DNA of 64,000 nucleotides from Opitutus sp. GAS368 (lineage in GTDB: Bacteria; Verrucomicrobiota; Verrucomicrobiia; Opitutales; Opitutaceae): assembly GCA_945861645.1 (NCBI GenBank), contig CAMAVZ010000008.1, positions 1 through 64,000 of the forward strand. The letters run 5' to 3'. Below are positions 1 through 9,788 of the stretch, in pieces. Each line of letters begins with the position of its first letter. Within the stretch, counting starts at the first letter, position 1. The notes under the pieces were generated by a model, which did no database searches, was not told the origin of the DNA, and saw only the letters and a list, made by a program, of their open reading frames with translations. The position numbers and the translations under genes were made by a program.

Positions 1-4
1 AAAT

Positions 5-79
5 TGGTAGCCTTACGGGGAATCGAACCCCGGTTAACGAATTGAGAATCCGCTGTCCTAGCCGCTAGACGATAAGGCC
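5..79 (-). tRNA. tRNA-Glu(CTC)
   Basis: Reverse complement GGCCTTA...TAAGGCT-A-CCA; anticodon arm gcgga-tt-CTC-aa-ttcgt; GGTTCGATTCC T-arm. Confidence 0.95.
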
Positions 80-138
80 AAAAAACTGAAAAAGCAGAAA
101 AGCGCACCCAACCTGCGGGCGTCAAGTGCGCAGTATAA

Positions 139-558
139 TTAGGCGTTGAAGAGCTCGTCCGCCTTAAAGAAACGCGCCAATTCCGCTTGGGCGTTCTCAT
201 CGGTATCGGAAGCATGACAAACATTTTTCATCATCTCGGTGCCAAAATCGCCGCGAATAGTGCCCTTCGCGGCCTTGCGGGAATCAGTCGGCCCAAGCAA
301 ATCGCGCACTTTCTGCACGATTCCATCGCCTTCGAGCGCCAACATAATGACCGCTCGTGAACTCATGAATTGCTCGATCTCAGGATAGAAAGGCTTATCC
401 GCGACATGGGCATAATGCGTGCGCAACAGGGCCGGCGTCAGGCGGGCCATCTTGCACCCGACCACGGTGAAGCCGGCATGTTCAAAGCGATTAAGCACAT
501 TACCGGCATGGCGTTGGGCCATGCAGTCCGGCTTTAAAATGATGAAGGTTCTCTGCAT
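139..558 (-). CDS. ndk: Nucleoside diphosphate kinase
   Basis: MQRTFIILKPD start (ATG at 558), GTIRGDFG, N-x-x-H-A-S-D catalytic His motif; the ORF-track N-terminal extension is probably spurious. Confidence 0.97.
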   Translation of the reverse strand: MQRTFIILKPDCMAQRHAGNVLNRFEHAGFTVVGCKMARLTPALLRTHYAHVADKPFYPEIEQFMSSRAVIMLALEGDGIVQKVRDLLGPTDSRKAAKGTIRGDFGTEMMKNVCHASDTDENAQAELARFFKADELFNA

Positions 559-616
559 ATAGACGGGCCAACATACTTTTCGCGCTCGGTTTGAAAAGCC
601 CTGATTTAAGGAATCT

Positions 617-2062
617 TTAAATCTGCGGCGCCCGCATCGCTTGCAATGCCGCCAGCGCCGCAACTCGCGCTTCTCCATGATTAACTATAGGTTGCGGATA
701 ATCTACCCCGAGTTTAACCCCAGCAATTGCCAAGACTGCACTCGGGGCGACCCAAGGCTCATGCATAAACTCCGTTGGCACTCGACTTAACTCCGGCACC
801 CAACGCCGAACATAGCTTCCCTCTGGGTCAAATTTAACGCCCTGGAGAATCGGATTAAAAATACGAAAATAAGGAGCGGCATCAGCCCCACAACCCGCCG
901 TCCATTGCCAGCCCAGGGTGTTGCTGGCCAGGTCAGCGTCGAGGAGCGTGTCCCAGAACCAAGCAGCCCCATCGCGCCATGAAATCCGCAGGTGCTTCAC
1001 TAAGAATGAGGCCACGATCATCCGTACGCGATTATGCATCCAACCCGTCGCCCACAGTTGCCGGAGACCTGCATCGACGATCGGGTATCCGGTCCGCCCG
1101 CGTTGCCAGGCCTGCAACTGCGGCGCATCGCTCCGCCACGGGAAGGCGGTGAAATCAGACCGCAACGGTTCCTCCGGGGTATGCGGAAAATGATACAATA
1201 AATGGTGCGCAAATTCACGCCAACCAACTTCGCTGAGAAATACCTGCTCCCCGCGACTTGTGGGAAAAACCCCAGAGTCTTTTGAGCGGGCGCGCACTGC
1301 CGCCCAAATCAGCCGCGGACCTATTTCGCCAAAATGAAGATAAGGCGACAGCGAGGACGTCCCCGCCAGATCAGGCCGGTTACGTTCGTCGGCATACTGG
1401 TCAATGGCCCCACTTGTAAATTTTTTTAGCCGGTGGAGCGCCGCCGCTTCCCCTGGTTGCCAGGCCGCCGCCAAACCAGCGTCCCATTTGACCGTGGGCA
1501 GCAACCCGAGCGCGGCCAAATTAAGTGAAGCCGGCCAGCGGGCGGGGGCGGAAAATTCTCCGCGCGGAAGCTTAACCGGATCCTCGACCGGAAGCGCGAG
1601 ACAATGCTTCCAAAAAGGAGTAAAGACCTGGAACGGTCGGCCCGATTTATTTTGAATAGTATGCGGTTCAAAGAGGAGCGCGGCATTAAAGCTCTGCGCG
1701 GTCACGCCCGCCGCCGCCAGGGTAGCTTTAATGATTTTATCACAGGCGATCGCGGCCGGCTCGTAGTTACGATTCCAATAAACTTTGGTCGCCCCGGTCG
1801 TCTTCAGCAGATCCTGCAAAACCGCCCCGCTCTTACCTTTAGCTAACAGCAAGCGTGAGCCACGTTCGCGTAACGCTTCATCCAATTTTCCTAGAGAATG
1901 ATGCAGCCACCAACGACTCGCTCCACCGAGGGGCCAACGACCGGCGCGCGCTTCATCCCAAATGTAGACCGGCAAAATAGCGCCTTCGGCCAAGGCCGCG
2001 GCGAGCGCGGGATTATCCTGCAGCCGTAGATCCTGCCGAAACCAGACGATCGTTAAAGCCAT
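617..2062 (-). CDS. phrB: Class I CPD DNA photolyase
   Basis: WFRQDLRLQDNPAL, SSLSPYLHFG, GRTGYPIVDAG, WMHNRVRMIVASFL, PYFRIFNP motifs. Confidence 0.93.
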   Translation of the reverse strand: MALTIVWFRQDLRLQDNPALAAALAEGAILPVYIWDEARAGRWPLGGASRWWLHHSLGKLDEALRERGSRLLLAKGKSGAVLQDLLKTTGATKVYWNRNYEPAAIACDKIIKATLAAAGVTAQSFNAALLFEPHTIQNKSGRPFQVFTPFWKHCLALPVEDPVKLPRGEFSAPARWPASLNLAALGLLPTVKWDAGLAAAWQPGEAAALHRLKKFTSGAIDQYADERNRPDLAGTSSLSPYLHFGEIGPRLIWAAVRARSKDSGVFPTSRGEQVFLSEVGWREFAHHLLYHFPHTPEEPLRSDFTAFPWRSDAPQLQAWQRGRTGYPIVDAGLRQLWATGWMHNRVRMIVASFLVKHLRISWRDGAAWFWDTLLDADLASNTLGWQWTAGCGADAAPYFRIFNPILQGVKFDPEGSYVRRWVPELSRVPTEFMHEPWVAPSAVLAIAGVKLGVDYPQPIVNHGEARVAALAALQAMRAPQI

Positions 2063-2075
2063 GACTCAGCCTAGC

Positions 2076-3518
2076 TCAAAGTGCCGCCATGTAAAGTTGC
2101 TCGTAAGCCCCGACGGCTTTAGTCCAAGAAAAATCTCGTGACATCGCGCGACGCTGGACGGCGGCATAAGCCGGCTTTTGCCCAAACAACTCGAGCGCAC
2201 GCTGCAAGGCCGCCGCGAACTCGGTCGGCGCCGCGACGGTGATAATGCCGGTGCCAGTAGCCGGACTAACGGCGTAATCTGTCACGGTATCCACCAGCCC
2301 CCCCACGTTGCTCACAATCGGCACGGTACCATAGGCCTGACTATACATTTGATTAAGCCCGCAGGGTTCAAAGAGCGAAGGCATTAAAAAGAAATCAGCC
2401 CCCGCCTCTACCCAATGGCTCATGGCCTCATCATGGCGCAGGCAAATGCCCACCTTCGTGGGATAGGCCGTCGCTAACTTTTGAAACAACTCTTCGTAGG
2501 CTTTTTCGCCAGAGCCCAAGACGACGAGGCGGCAATTTTCTTGCGCGAAAAATTCCTTAGCCGCGAGGACCAGATCTAAACCCTTAGCCGCAGTAAAGCG
2601 ACAAACCATGCCGAAAATAGGTCCTTTAAATTTGGCGCTCCAACCAAATTCTTTTAGCAACTCAGCGCGACAAATCGCTTTACCCTTAAGATTGGTGGCG
2701 CTGTAGCGTGCGGGCAGACATTGGTCCGTCGCTGGATTCCAGACGGCGGTGTCGATCCCATTTAATAAACCGTGCAAATCATCGAGCCGTGTGGCGATGA
2801 CGCCATCCAAGCCATAACCGAATTCGGGGGTCTGAATTTCTTTAGCATATCGCGGACTTACGGTAGTCACAAGATCGGCAAAAATAATTCCTCCCTTCAA
2901 CATGCACATTTGATCGTAATACTCCAAACCATCGATGCTCATGAGCTCATCCGGCAGATTGGTCAGCGCATAGGACTTCCTCGGGAAAATTCCTTGGTAC
3001 GCGATATTATGAATCGTGAATACGGTTTTGAGGGCGAGCGTGACTTCGTAGCGGCGCTCAGCCTCGCGCAGGAAAATCGGCAGCAGACTCGTTTGCCAAT
3101 CATGACCGTGGACGATATCAGCCTTAAAATCAGTCAGCCGCAACAATTCGACCACCGCTTTCTGGAAGAAAATAAAACGGGCATCATTATCATCGTAATC
3201 ACGCGTACCGGTCCCATAAGGCCGTTGGCGGTCGAAAAATTCTTCGCGACAAATCAAGTAAAGCGTCAGACCCGCGCGTGGTTTAAGCGTATAAACCTCT
3301 CCACTTAAAAAAGTATCCCCCATTTCGACCTTGAATTGGTGGCTCGGTTGCGCACCGGCGGCGTGCGGACCAGCGAGCACCGTTCGGTAGCCCGGCAGAA
3401 AAACCGCCAACTCATGGCCGCGATCCGCGAGGGCTCCCGTCAACGCCGCTACGGCGTCCGCCAATCCCCCCGTTTTTATATAGGGAAACAATTCACTCGT
3501 CGCATGAACAATTCGCAT
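2076..3518 (-). CDS. glgA: Glycogen synthase (GT5)
   Basis: KTGGLAD, HGHDWQ, FTIHNIAYQG, PSLFEPCGLNQM, GGLVDTV motifs. Confidence 0.96.
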   Translation of the reverse strand: MRIVHATSELFPYIKTGGLADAVAALTGALADRGHELAVFLPGYRTVLAGPHAAGAQPSHQFKVEMGDTFLSGEVYTLKPRAGLTLYLICREEFFDRQRPYGTGTRDYDDNDARFIFFQKAVVELLRLTDFKADIVHGHDWQTSLLPIFLREAERRYEVTLALKTVFTIHNIAYQGIFPRKSYALTNLPDELMSIDGLEYYDQMCMLKGGIIFADLVTTVSPRYAKEIQTPEFGYGLDGVIATRLDDLHGLLNGIDTAVWNPATDQCLPARYSATNLKGKAICRAELLKEFGWSAKFKGPIFGMVCRFTAAKGLDLVLAAKEFFAQENCRLVVLGSGEKAYEELFQKLATAYPTKVGICLRHDEAMSHWVEAGADFFLMPSLFEPCGLNQMYSQAYGTVPIVSNVGGLVDTVTDYAVSPATGTGIITVAAPTEFAAALQRALELFGQKPAYAAVQRRAMSRDFSWTKAVGAYEQLYMAAL

Positions 3519-3614
3519 ATTGCCACCCTACCGGCCAACCCGCATGGTTCCACCAGAAAATTATGGGGATCGATACGCCGCGGTAAATTCCACTGGCCCC
3601 CGTAGTCCTGCCTC

Positions 3615-5855
3615 ATGAGTTATTCTGACCGTCTTTTCTCCCATCTTAAACGCCGCGGCTACCTGCCCGCCGCTTCCGCAACCATCGCCAAAGAGTGGCG
3701 CCTCAATCCCAAGGATCGCCGCAAGTTTGCCCAGCAAGTGGACGAACTTATTCGCACCGGGCAAATTGCGGTCATTAAAGGCGATCGCCTTTGCGTGCCG
3801 AGCGAGGCCGATCTGGTTACCGGAAAAATAAATTTCCGCCAAAAAGGCTCCGCGATGGTGGCGCCCGAGGTCAAAGTAACCGAACCCCGCAAGCCGGCTA
3901 TTTTTATAGCAGGGGAAGACACGGGGGTAGCGTTACAGGGCGACACCGTCATCGTGCGCCTTCGCTCACCCAAAGAACGCGATTTTCCGCATTTCTTAAA
4001 ACCGGGCGAACAAGCCGGACGCGTGATCAAAATCCTCACTCGCGGGGCCGCCACGATCACCGGATCACTCCAAAAAGCCCCGACTTATTTTTACGTCATT
4101 TCGGATGATCCGCGGATGAATCATAATATCATCGTGGCTGATCCCACGAAGGGCGGGCTCAAGCCTCCCGCCATGGTGGGCGACAAAGTGGTCGTTAAAC
4201 TCAACGAGTGGAAGGATCGGCAACAAAATCCCGACGGCGTGATTGTCGAGCGACTGGGCAAAACTTTCGAGCCCCGCGCCGAACTGGCCGCGATCTACCA
4301 CAAATATAATCTCACCCCCATCTTCCCGCCCGAGGTGGCCCGCGAAGCCACCAGTCTGCCCAGCGCCGTCAGCTCGGGCGATCTGACTGGCCGCCGCGAT
4401 TATCGCGCGATCCCGACCTTCACAATCGACCCCGACGACGCCAAGGATTTTGACGATGCGCTCTCCGTCGAATATCTCGAGGGCGGCGATATTCGCATCG
4501 GCGTCCATATCGCCGACGTTAGCCATTATGTTAAGCCCGGCACCGCCCTGGATCGCGAAGCCCAGAATCGCGGTAATTCCACTTATCTCGTCGGCACAGT
4601 TATCCCCATGCTGCCAGAGAAATTGTCCAACGGGCTATGTTCGCTCGTGGAGGCTCAAGATCGTTTAACCAAAGCCGCACTCTTTACTTTCAGCGCGAGC
4701 GGTCGCTTCAAAGAAACCACCTTCGCGAATACCGTTATCCGCAGCGTGAAGCGCATGACCTACAAACAGGCTTTCGCGCTGATGTTTGAGGACGATTTTA
4801 ATAAAATTCGCCAACTCCCCCTACCCGCGGCCCATCAAACGGGAGCAACGGGACGGGCCTTCAATGAGCTCTCGCAGCAGGAACTCGCCGACCTGCAAAA
4901 ATGGGTGCGCCAGCTGTGGACCATTGGCCAAAAACTCCGCCAAGAACGCATGCGCGGCGGCAGCCTCGATCTCGATATGCCCGAAACCAAAATCTTCGTC
5001 GATGCCGAAGGCTACGCTGACCGCATCGAGCTGATTCATAATGATGAAAGCCACCAGTTGATCGAAGAGTTTATGTTGATGGCGAATGAAGCGGTGGCCC
5101 AGTTGACGCGTTCGCATCACCTCCCCTCCTTGTATCGCGTGCACGACGACCCCGACGAGGAGAAGCTTAACGACTATCGCCAGTTCCTCACCACCTTCGG
5201 CATCAAAGTGAGTAATTTAGCCCAACGCGCGGAAGTTGTCCGCCTCCTGACCCTGCTCAAGGAGCACCCGCAAGGCTATATCCTCCGCACCCAATTACTG
5301 CGCTCCATGCGCAAAGCGTGTTACCGCGCCTCACCTGATGGGCATTACGGCCTTAATAAAAAAGATTACACGCACTTCACGTCACCGATTCGTCGCTATT
5401 CTGACTTAGTGGTCCATCGAGTCTTTGATGCCTATCTCGCCAAACATAAAGGCGGCCACGGTAATCCCGCTAGTTACCGCATCGCCCAAGTAGATAATCT
5501 CGCCGAACATTTGAGCCTCACCGAAATCAACAGCACGGAAGCCGAGCGAGATTCCGTTAAGGTGAAACTTATGGAATATTTTGAGCGCGAGACGGAAAAA
5601 AAGAAAAAGACGCTTTTCACCGCGATCATCACCGACGTGCGCAACCATGGTTTTTTCATCGAAGTCGCCGAAGCCGGGGCTTTCGGCATGGTGCCCGTCT
5701 CCTCACTCAAAGATGATTTTTACGTCCTCAACGGGGCGGGCACCGCTTTCATCGGCCGCAAGAGCAAACGAAAATTCGAGCTCGGTCACCAAGTCCAAGT
5801 CGTCGTGGACAAAGTAGATCGGCAGAAACGCTTGATCGATTTCACCGTGCCTTGA
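3615..5855 (+). CDS. rnr: Ribonuclease R (RNB family)
   Basis: TIDPDDAKDFDDA, HIADVS, LIEEFML, YTHFTSPIRRYSDL, C-terminal S1 domain. Confidence 0.95.
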   Translation: MSYSDRLFSHLKRRGYLPAASATIAKEWRLNPKDRRKFAQQVDELIRTGQIAVIKGDRLCVPSEADLVTGKINFRQKGSAMVAPEVKVTEPRKPAIFIAGEDTGVALQGDTVIVRLRSPKERDFPHFLKPGEQAGRVIKILTRGAATITGSLQKAPTYFYVISDDPRMNHNIIVADPTKGGLKPPAMVGDKVVVKLNEWKDRQQNPDGVIVERLGKTFEPRAELAAIYHKYNLTPIFPPEVAREATSLPSAVSSGDLTGRRDYRAIPTFTIDPDDAKDFDDALSVEYLEGGDIRIGVHIADVSHYVKPGTALDREAQNRGNSTYLVGTVIPMLPEKLSNGLCSLVEAQDRLTKAALFTFSASGRFKETTFANTVIRSVKRMTYKQAFALMFEDDFNKIRQLPLPAAHQTGATGRAFNELSQQELADLQKWVRQLWTIGQKLRQERMRGGSLDLDMPETKIFVDAEGYADRIELIHNDESHQLIEEFMLMANEAVAQLTRSHHLPSLYRVHDDPDEEKLNDYRQFLTTFGIKVSNLAQRAEVVRLLTLLKEHPQGYILRTQLLRSMRKACYRASPDGHYGLNKKDYTHFTSPIRRYSDLVVHRVFDAYLAKHKGGHGNPASYRIAQVDNLAEHLSLTEINSTEAERDSVKVKLMEYFERETEKKKKTLFTAIITDVRNHGFFIEVAEAGAFGMVPVSSLKDDFYVLNGAGTAFIGRKSKRKFELGHQVQVVVDKVDRQKRLIDFTVP

Positions 5856-5909
5856 CTCAGACCACGACTCACTTGCGCCGCAGCCCTGATTGATTTTCGT
5901 AATTAAAGC

Positions 5910-6437
5910 ATGCAGCACTATAATTTCATCGAGCGGCTGCAGCGACTTTATCGCCAAGCGGTTAAATTAAGTGCCGCTGGTCAGCGCGGGGCCGAGACTT
6001 ATTTCACAGCAGAGGAAAAAGCTTTTCTAGCCGCCAACGGCTGGACGGCCCAAAACCTGTATGACTACGCCGAAGATGAGTTGAACGGGGGCGAGCCTGG
6101 TTGGGACATTGCCTTGAGTATCGAGCTGATTCGCCGCGATTATTTTCTCAATGTTCAAGGCGGAAAATCGACCGGTCATTTTATGGCTGAAAATGAGCTA
6201 CCGGGAAAATCGATTCTCCTCGCAGGGCTGCCTTGGTTGGCGCGACTCATTCCCAAAGCCCACGCTAAGCTGCGTGGCGAATTACCGACCTCGATGATGT
6301 ATGCCTGTGGCGGGGATCGAGCATTTTTTCAACAACATGATATTCAACCCGCAGAATTTCTTAGCCTCATCTGGCGTCACGGTAATAATCACGCCGCCAT
6401 TAGCGACTGGGTCCAGCAACGCAGCCAGTCGCGCTGA
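5910..6437 (+). CDS. DUF5069-like protein
   Basis: GLPWLARLIPKAHAKLRGELP...MYACGGDRAFF resembles DUF5069 (recalled, not searched). Confidence 0.7.
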   Translation: MQHYNFIERLQRLYRQAVKLSAAGQRGAETYFTAEEKAFLAANGWTAQNLYDYAEDELNGGEPGWDIALSIELIRRDYFLNVQGGKSTGHFMAENELPGKSILLAGLPWLARLIPKAHAKLRGELPTSMMYACGGDRAFFQQHDIQPAEFLSLIWRHGNNHAAISDWVQQRSQSR

Positions 6438-6519
6438 CTAATTTAGCTGTGCCGTAAAATTCCCATTCTAATCTAATGGTTATGCCGACTTATAATCTTA
6501 AAGTTAATAGCGCCGTACC

Positions 6520-6815
6520 TAAAACCGAGGCGGCCGACGGCACGCTCACCGTGCGCCAAGTAACCGCCGCCGTTGAGGTGGGCCCAATTATAAATTTAAG
6601 CGGCGCGGAAAACCGAGTGCAGGGCTCTATTATCGATGGTATCAGCATGGCTTGGTTGCAGGAAATAACCCATGACCGCGGTCGCATCATGCAGAGTAAT
6701 TTTAATGATTACCCCCGACCGGGCTAGGTGAGCCCGTCTACCCCGCCGTGCCGCCCGCAATCTGTAATGCCATCTTTGCCGCCACCGGGCACCGGATTCA
6801 CCAATCAGCAAAACT
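6520..6815 (+). pseudogene. C-terminal remnant of an IorB/xanthine-dehydrogenase-family molybdopterin-binding subunit
   Basis: Frame 1: VTAAVEVGPIINLSGAENRVQGSIIDG...QSNFNDYP; a shifted frame continues [28 protein letters not shown]; the N-terminal bulk of the protein is absent. Confidence 0.85.
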
Positions 6816-6869
6816 GATTTGCGGTGGAGTTAAGCCATCAACTAACGCGCTGATGGCTGCGTGCTATCC

Positions 6870-7217
6870 TCAGAACGGACGAAGATAGACCATCACCACC
6901 GCCACAAGCAGGAGCAAAAGCGCCGCGAGACTAAGCGCGCCGCGCAAGTGAGCCTTCCGGTAGACGATGCCGCCCAAAGAAGCTAAGCCCAGCCAGCAAA
7001 CGAATTTTACCAGCACCCAGCCCGTCGCGAAGGGGATTTTCTGGATGGTTAGCATCCCAAAACCGCTGACGAACATCAGTAAAGCAGCGCTACCGGTGAC
7101 CATTAACGTACGCTTGCGGTTGGCGGGATCAGGGTTCCCAAAAGCCATGAAAGTGTGCGCCGTCAGCACGAGCAGGGAGAAAATGTGTAACAGTTGGTAG
7201 TAGGGTAGTCTTTCCAT
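6870..7217 (-). CDS. Small 4-TM membrane protein, SirB2-like
   Basis: Four hydrophobic helices; [21 protein letters not shown], terminal RPF pattern. Confidence 0.65.
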   Translation of the reverse strand: MERLPYYQLLHIFSLLVLTAHTFMAFGNPDPANRKRTLMVTGSAALLMFVSGFGMLTIQKIPFATGWVLVKFVCWLGLASLGGIVYRKAHLRGALSLAALLLLLVAVVMVYLRPF

Positions 7218-7239
7218 AGTGGGTGGGTTTAAAAAAATA

Positions 7240-7418
7240 ACACTCCATTCGTGCCGTATACTCCGGAGCTCATGTCCTTTTTAAGTTAAAGGTGGGCACC
7301 ACCCGACGGACCTCCTGTCTTCCGATTTACGGCCTGACATCAGCCCGCCTGTCAGCGGTTCCCAAATTATAGCAAAGGCAAAGAGCGTTGGTGGAGCACC
7401 TCGAACACAACAGGGTGT
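7240..7418 (-). ncRNA. ssrS: 6S RNA (SsrS)
   Basis: About 180 nt; 5' ACACCCTGTTGTGTTCG pairs with 3' CGGCACGAATGGAGTGT; internal GCCCACCT and ACGGCAC elements typical of 6S; sigma70-like promoter directly upstream. Confidence 0.8.
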
Positions 7419-7426
7419 CTAAGAAA

Positions 7427-7455
7427 AAGCTACCCCCACTTGATCCAGCCGTCAA
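7427..7455 (-). promoter_or_regulatory. sigma70-type promoter of the 6S RNA candidate
   Basis: TTGACG - 17 bp - TAGCTT on the minus strand, ending about 8 nt before the predicted RNA 5' end. Confidence 0.65.
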
Positions 7456-7650
7456 ATGCGAACCCGAGCACGGTTGAATATTTATCCAGCATCGGGACAA
7501 TATTCTAACCCAGAAAAACGCGGAGGCAGATTGACACGAATGCGGCAAAACATCTAGGTTCGGAATATATGACATCGCCGCAGGGACTATTTCAGATAAG
7601 CGCGCCCCTCACTTTTGGTTGTTTTTGCCGCTAAAATAATTGGCCTGACC

Positions 7651-7893
7651 ATGACGACCTTAACCAAAGTGAACGATGATGGCAGCAGCGAGTTCGTCAA
7701 ACAATCGAGCCTTTACCAAGAATTCCTCGCCGAGCGGGAAGAAATTTTAAAGCATAAGTGGATCGAGTCTGAACGCCTTGGTCACGATATCGGCTTCGAA
7801 CGCGCTCTGCTCGATTGGATCCGCAAGCATCGCGATAGCTGGCGGGCGGCGCGACGGGTCCACAGAGTGAATCATACGGCCCCACACGCTTAA
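7651..7893 (+). CDS. Conserved small hypothetical protein (DUF4032-like helical domain)
   Basis: ATG at 7651; SLYQEFLAEREEILKHKWIESERLGHDIGFERALLDW, a pattern recalled from verrucomicrobial proteins. Confidence 0.7.
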   Translation: MTTLTKVNDDGSSEFVKQSSLYQEFLAEREEILKHKWIESERLGHDIGFERALLDWIRKHRDSWRAARRVHRVNHTAPHA

Positions 7894-7985
7894 GTCCGGC
7901 CTTTCGCGGATCACGGCAGGACAGGTGCTGAGCCCTAAGGGGAGGCCATTACCGCTGACGCCAACGCTAGGCGCCCAGCGCTCGC

Positions 7986-8018
7986 AAAAAAAAGGCCGGT
8001 CCCCGAGGAACCGGCCTT
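7986..8018 (-). terminator. Intrinsic terminator after rpmG
   Basis: AAGGCCGGT/ACCGGCCTT stem followed by a T-tract on the minus strand. Confidence 0.85.
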
Positions 8019-8038
8019 AAAATTTAAGCAAAAATGCC

Positions 8039-8203
8039 TTACTTGATTTCTTTGTGGAGCGTGTGGCGCTTGAGGAAGGGATTGTACTTCTTCTTCTCGA
8101 TGCGCTCGGTCACGGTCTTCTTATTACGCTTCGTGAGATAGCGAGAAGGTGGCTTACCTTCTTTGCGGGCTTCAGTGCATTCCAGGGTGACAGTTTCTTG
8201 CAT
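8039..8203 (-). CDS. rpmG: 50S ribosomal protein L33
   Basis: [11 protein letters not shown]...YLTKRNKK...[17 protein letters not shown], 54 aa (ATG at 8203). Confidence 0.97.
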   Translation of the reverse strand: MQETVTLECTEARKEGKPPSRYLTKRNKKTVTERIEKKKYNPFLKRHTLHKEIK

Positions 8204-8411
8204 GGCTTTAAATGAGTTGTAAGGGGCGAGAGCAAAGCCGCGCAGGCGGAGCGTGCAACCTAAATCTGAAGTGCCCCCCAAAGTTCGGCCGGACGCCCCC
8301 CAGATCACGCTCACGCTAGTAGCTAAAAATTTGTCAGCGAAAAGTTTACGAAAAACCTGCTCAGCTCCCGAGGCGTAAATTTGAAAACTAACCGAACCCC
8401 CGCGTTCAGCG

Positions 8412-9764
8412 TTAGGCGCTAACTCGCTTTTCGGTCAACGCCATCATAACCCCACGGCGGAATAAAGTAACCTGCCCCGAACTGGAAGAAACCACGAGGG
8501 CAATGCAATCGGTAGCTACGGAAATGGCGGCGGCGGCGGCATGACGCGAACCCAGCCCGCTCGGCAAATTGTGGTTATAGTCCGCTGCTTGAATAAGTGA
8601 GCCAGCCGATTCCACCACCCCGTCACCCCTGATGACAAAAGCGCCATCGATGGAGGAGAATTCCTTGATGGTTTCGTCCATAAAAGGATTAAGAATATTT
8701 CGATCCTCTTCCTTATAGCCATAAAATGGATTAAGTACGAGCGGCTTGGTCAATTTATCAACTTTTTCACTATCCCCCACCACAAACAGACAGCCGACCG
8801 GCCGGCCCTCGCGGCCTTCGACCGCTAATTCAGTGGCTACCGCGATGACCCGCTCCAGCACTTCTGGCTTCACGTCCCCGGGTAACAAATCAGCCTGCCC
8901 CGTCAGCAAGGTTTGAAATTCTTTCTCTACGTCGACGACCACAATGGTATCAAACTGATTACTGCCGGCCATCCCACCCACACAGCAAATCCGATCGTTA
9001 AATACGATCAGGCCACGCGTGAGACCAACGAGCACCGCGCTGCGCAATTGAGCCATGCGCTGATTTGAAAAGGAGCGCACCTGAATGGTCTCAGTAAATT
9101 TGGCGGGGTGATCCTCCGCATCAGTTAAGCTGCGGGTGACGAGAATTGTTTTCAGCGAAGTCTTCCAAGCCGGCGATTCAAAATTTCCCGTAAAGGTATC
9201 GCCGAACACCATCAAGCCAGTGCAACCACTGCCGCGCGCGATTTTTTCCGCTTCGCGCAGGACCACTCGATTTACGCGACTTTGCGGAGCGGCTACCGCC
9301 TTGGCCGCAATGCCGCCAAACCCAATAAAAAGACGATCGTAGAGAGTTTCAAGATCTGGGGCCTGCACCAGACTATCGACGAAATCCTGCTCCTTCAACA
9401 AGCGCGCCAACGCGGCTAGTACTTGCAAATAATCACGAGCTTTCTCATCCGCAATCAACATGAAGACGAGCCGCACGGGCTCATTCTCCATCGCCCCATC
9501 GTAGCGGATCCCATAATGACTCCGCCCGACCGCCAGCACGTAGCGTCGGCCCATCTTAACCCGAACGTGCGGCATGGCTACCCCGAGGCCAAGGTAAGTG
9601 GTCATCGTACTTTCCCGCCGCAGCAAGCCCTTCAAGAGACTATCTCGATGCAAATCAGGAAAACGCTCCACCGTAAGATTGAGCAATTCAACTAGGGCCC
9701 CTTCCATATCCGCGCTCCCGAGATCAAGAATCCGACCCCGCGAAATATATCGATCTAACCGCAT
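8412..9764 (-). CDS. PTS EIIA domain fused to a DacZ-type diadenylate cyclase
   Basis: N-terminal [17 protein letters not shown] (EIIA); C-terminal [38 protein letters not shown] (DisA_N/DAC). Confidence 0.88.
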   Translation of the reverse strand: MRLDRYISRGRILDLGSADMEGALVELLNLTVERFPDLHRDSLLKGLLRRESTMTTYLGLGVAMPHVRVKMGRRYVLAVGRSHYGIRYDGAMENEPVRLVFMLIADEKARDYLQVLAALARLLKEQDFVDSLVQAPDLETLYDRLFIGFGGIAAKAVAAPQSRVNRVVLREAEKIARGSGCTGLMVFGDTFTGNFESPAWKTSLKTILVTRSLTDAEDHPAKFTETIQVRSFSNQRMAQLRSAVLVGLTRGLIVFNDRICCVGGMAGSNQFDTIVVVDVEKEFQTLLTGQADLLPGDVKPEVLERVIAVATELAVEGREGRPVGCLFVVGDSEKVDKLTKPLVLNPFYGYKEEDRNILNPFMDETIKEFSSIDGAFVIRGDGVVESAGSLIQAADYNHNLPSGLGSRHAAAAAISVATDCIALVVSSSSGQVTLFRRGVMMALTEKRVSA

Positions 9765-9788
9765 GGTTTAATTTTGCCGTGCGCAGAG

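Noticed and set aside
7327-7575. 82-aa ORF on the minus strand
   Set aside because: It overlaps the 6S RNA candidate and its promoter and has no protein-like features
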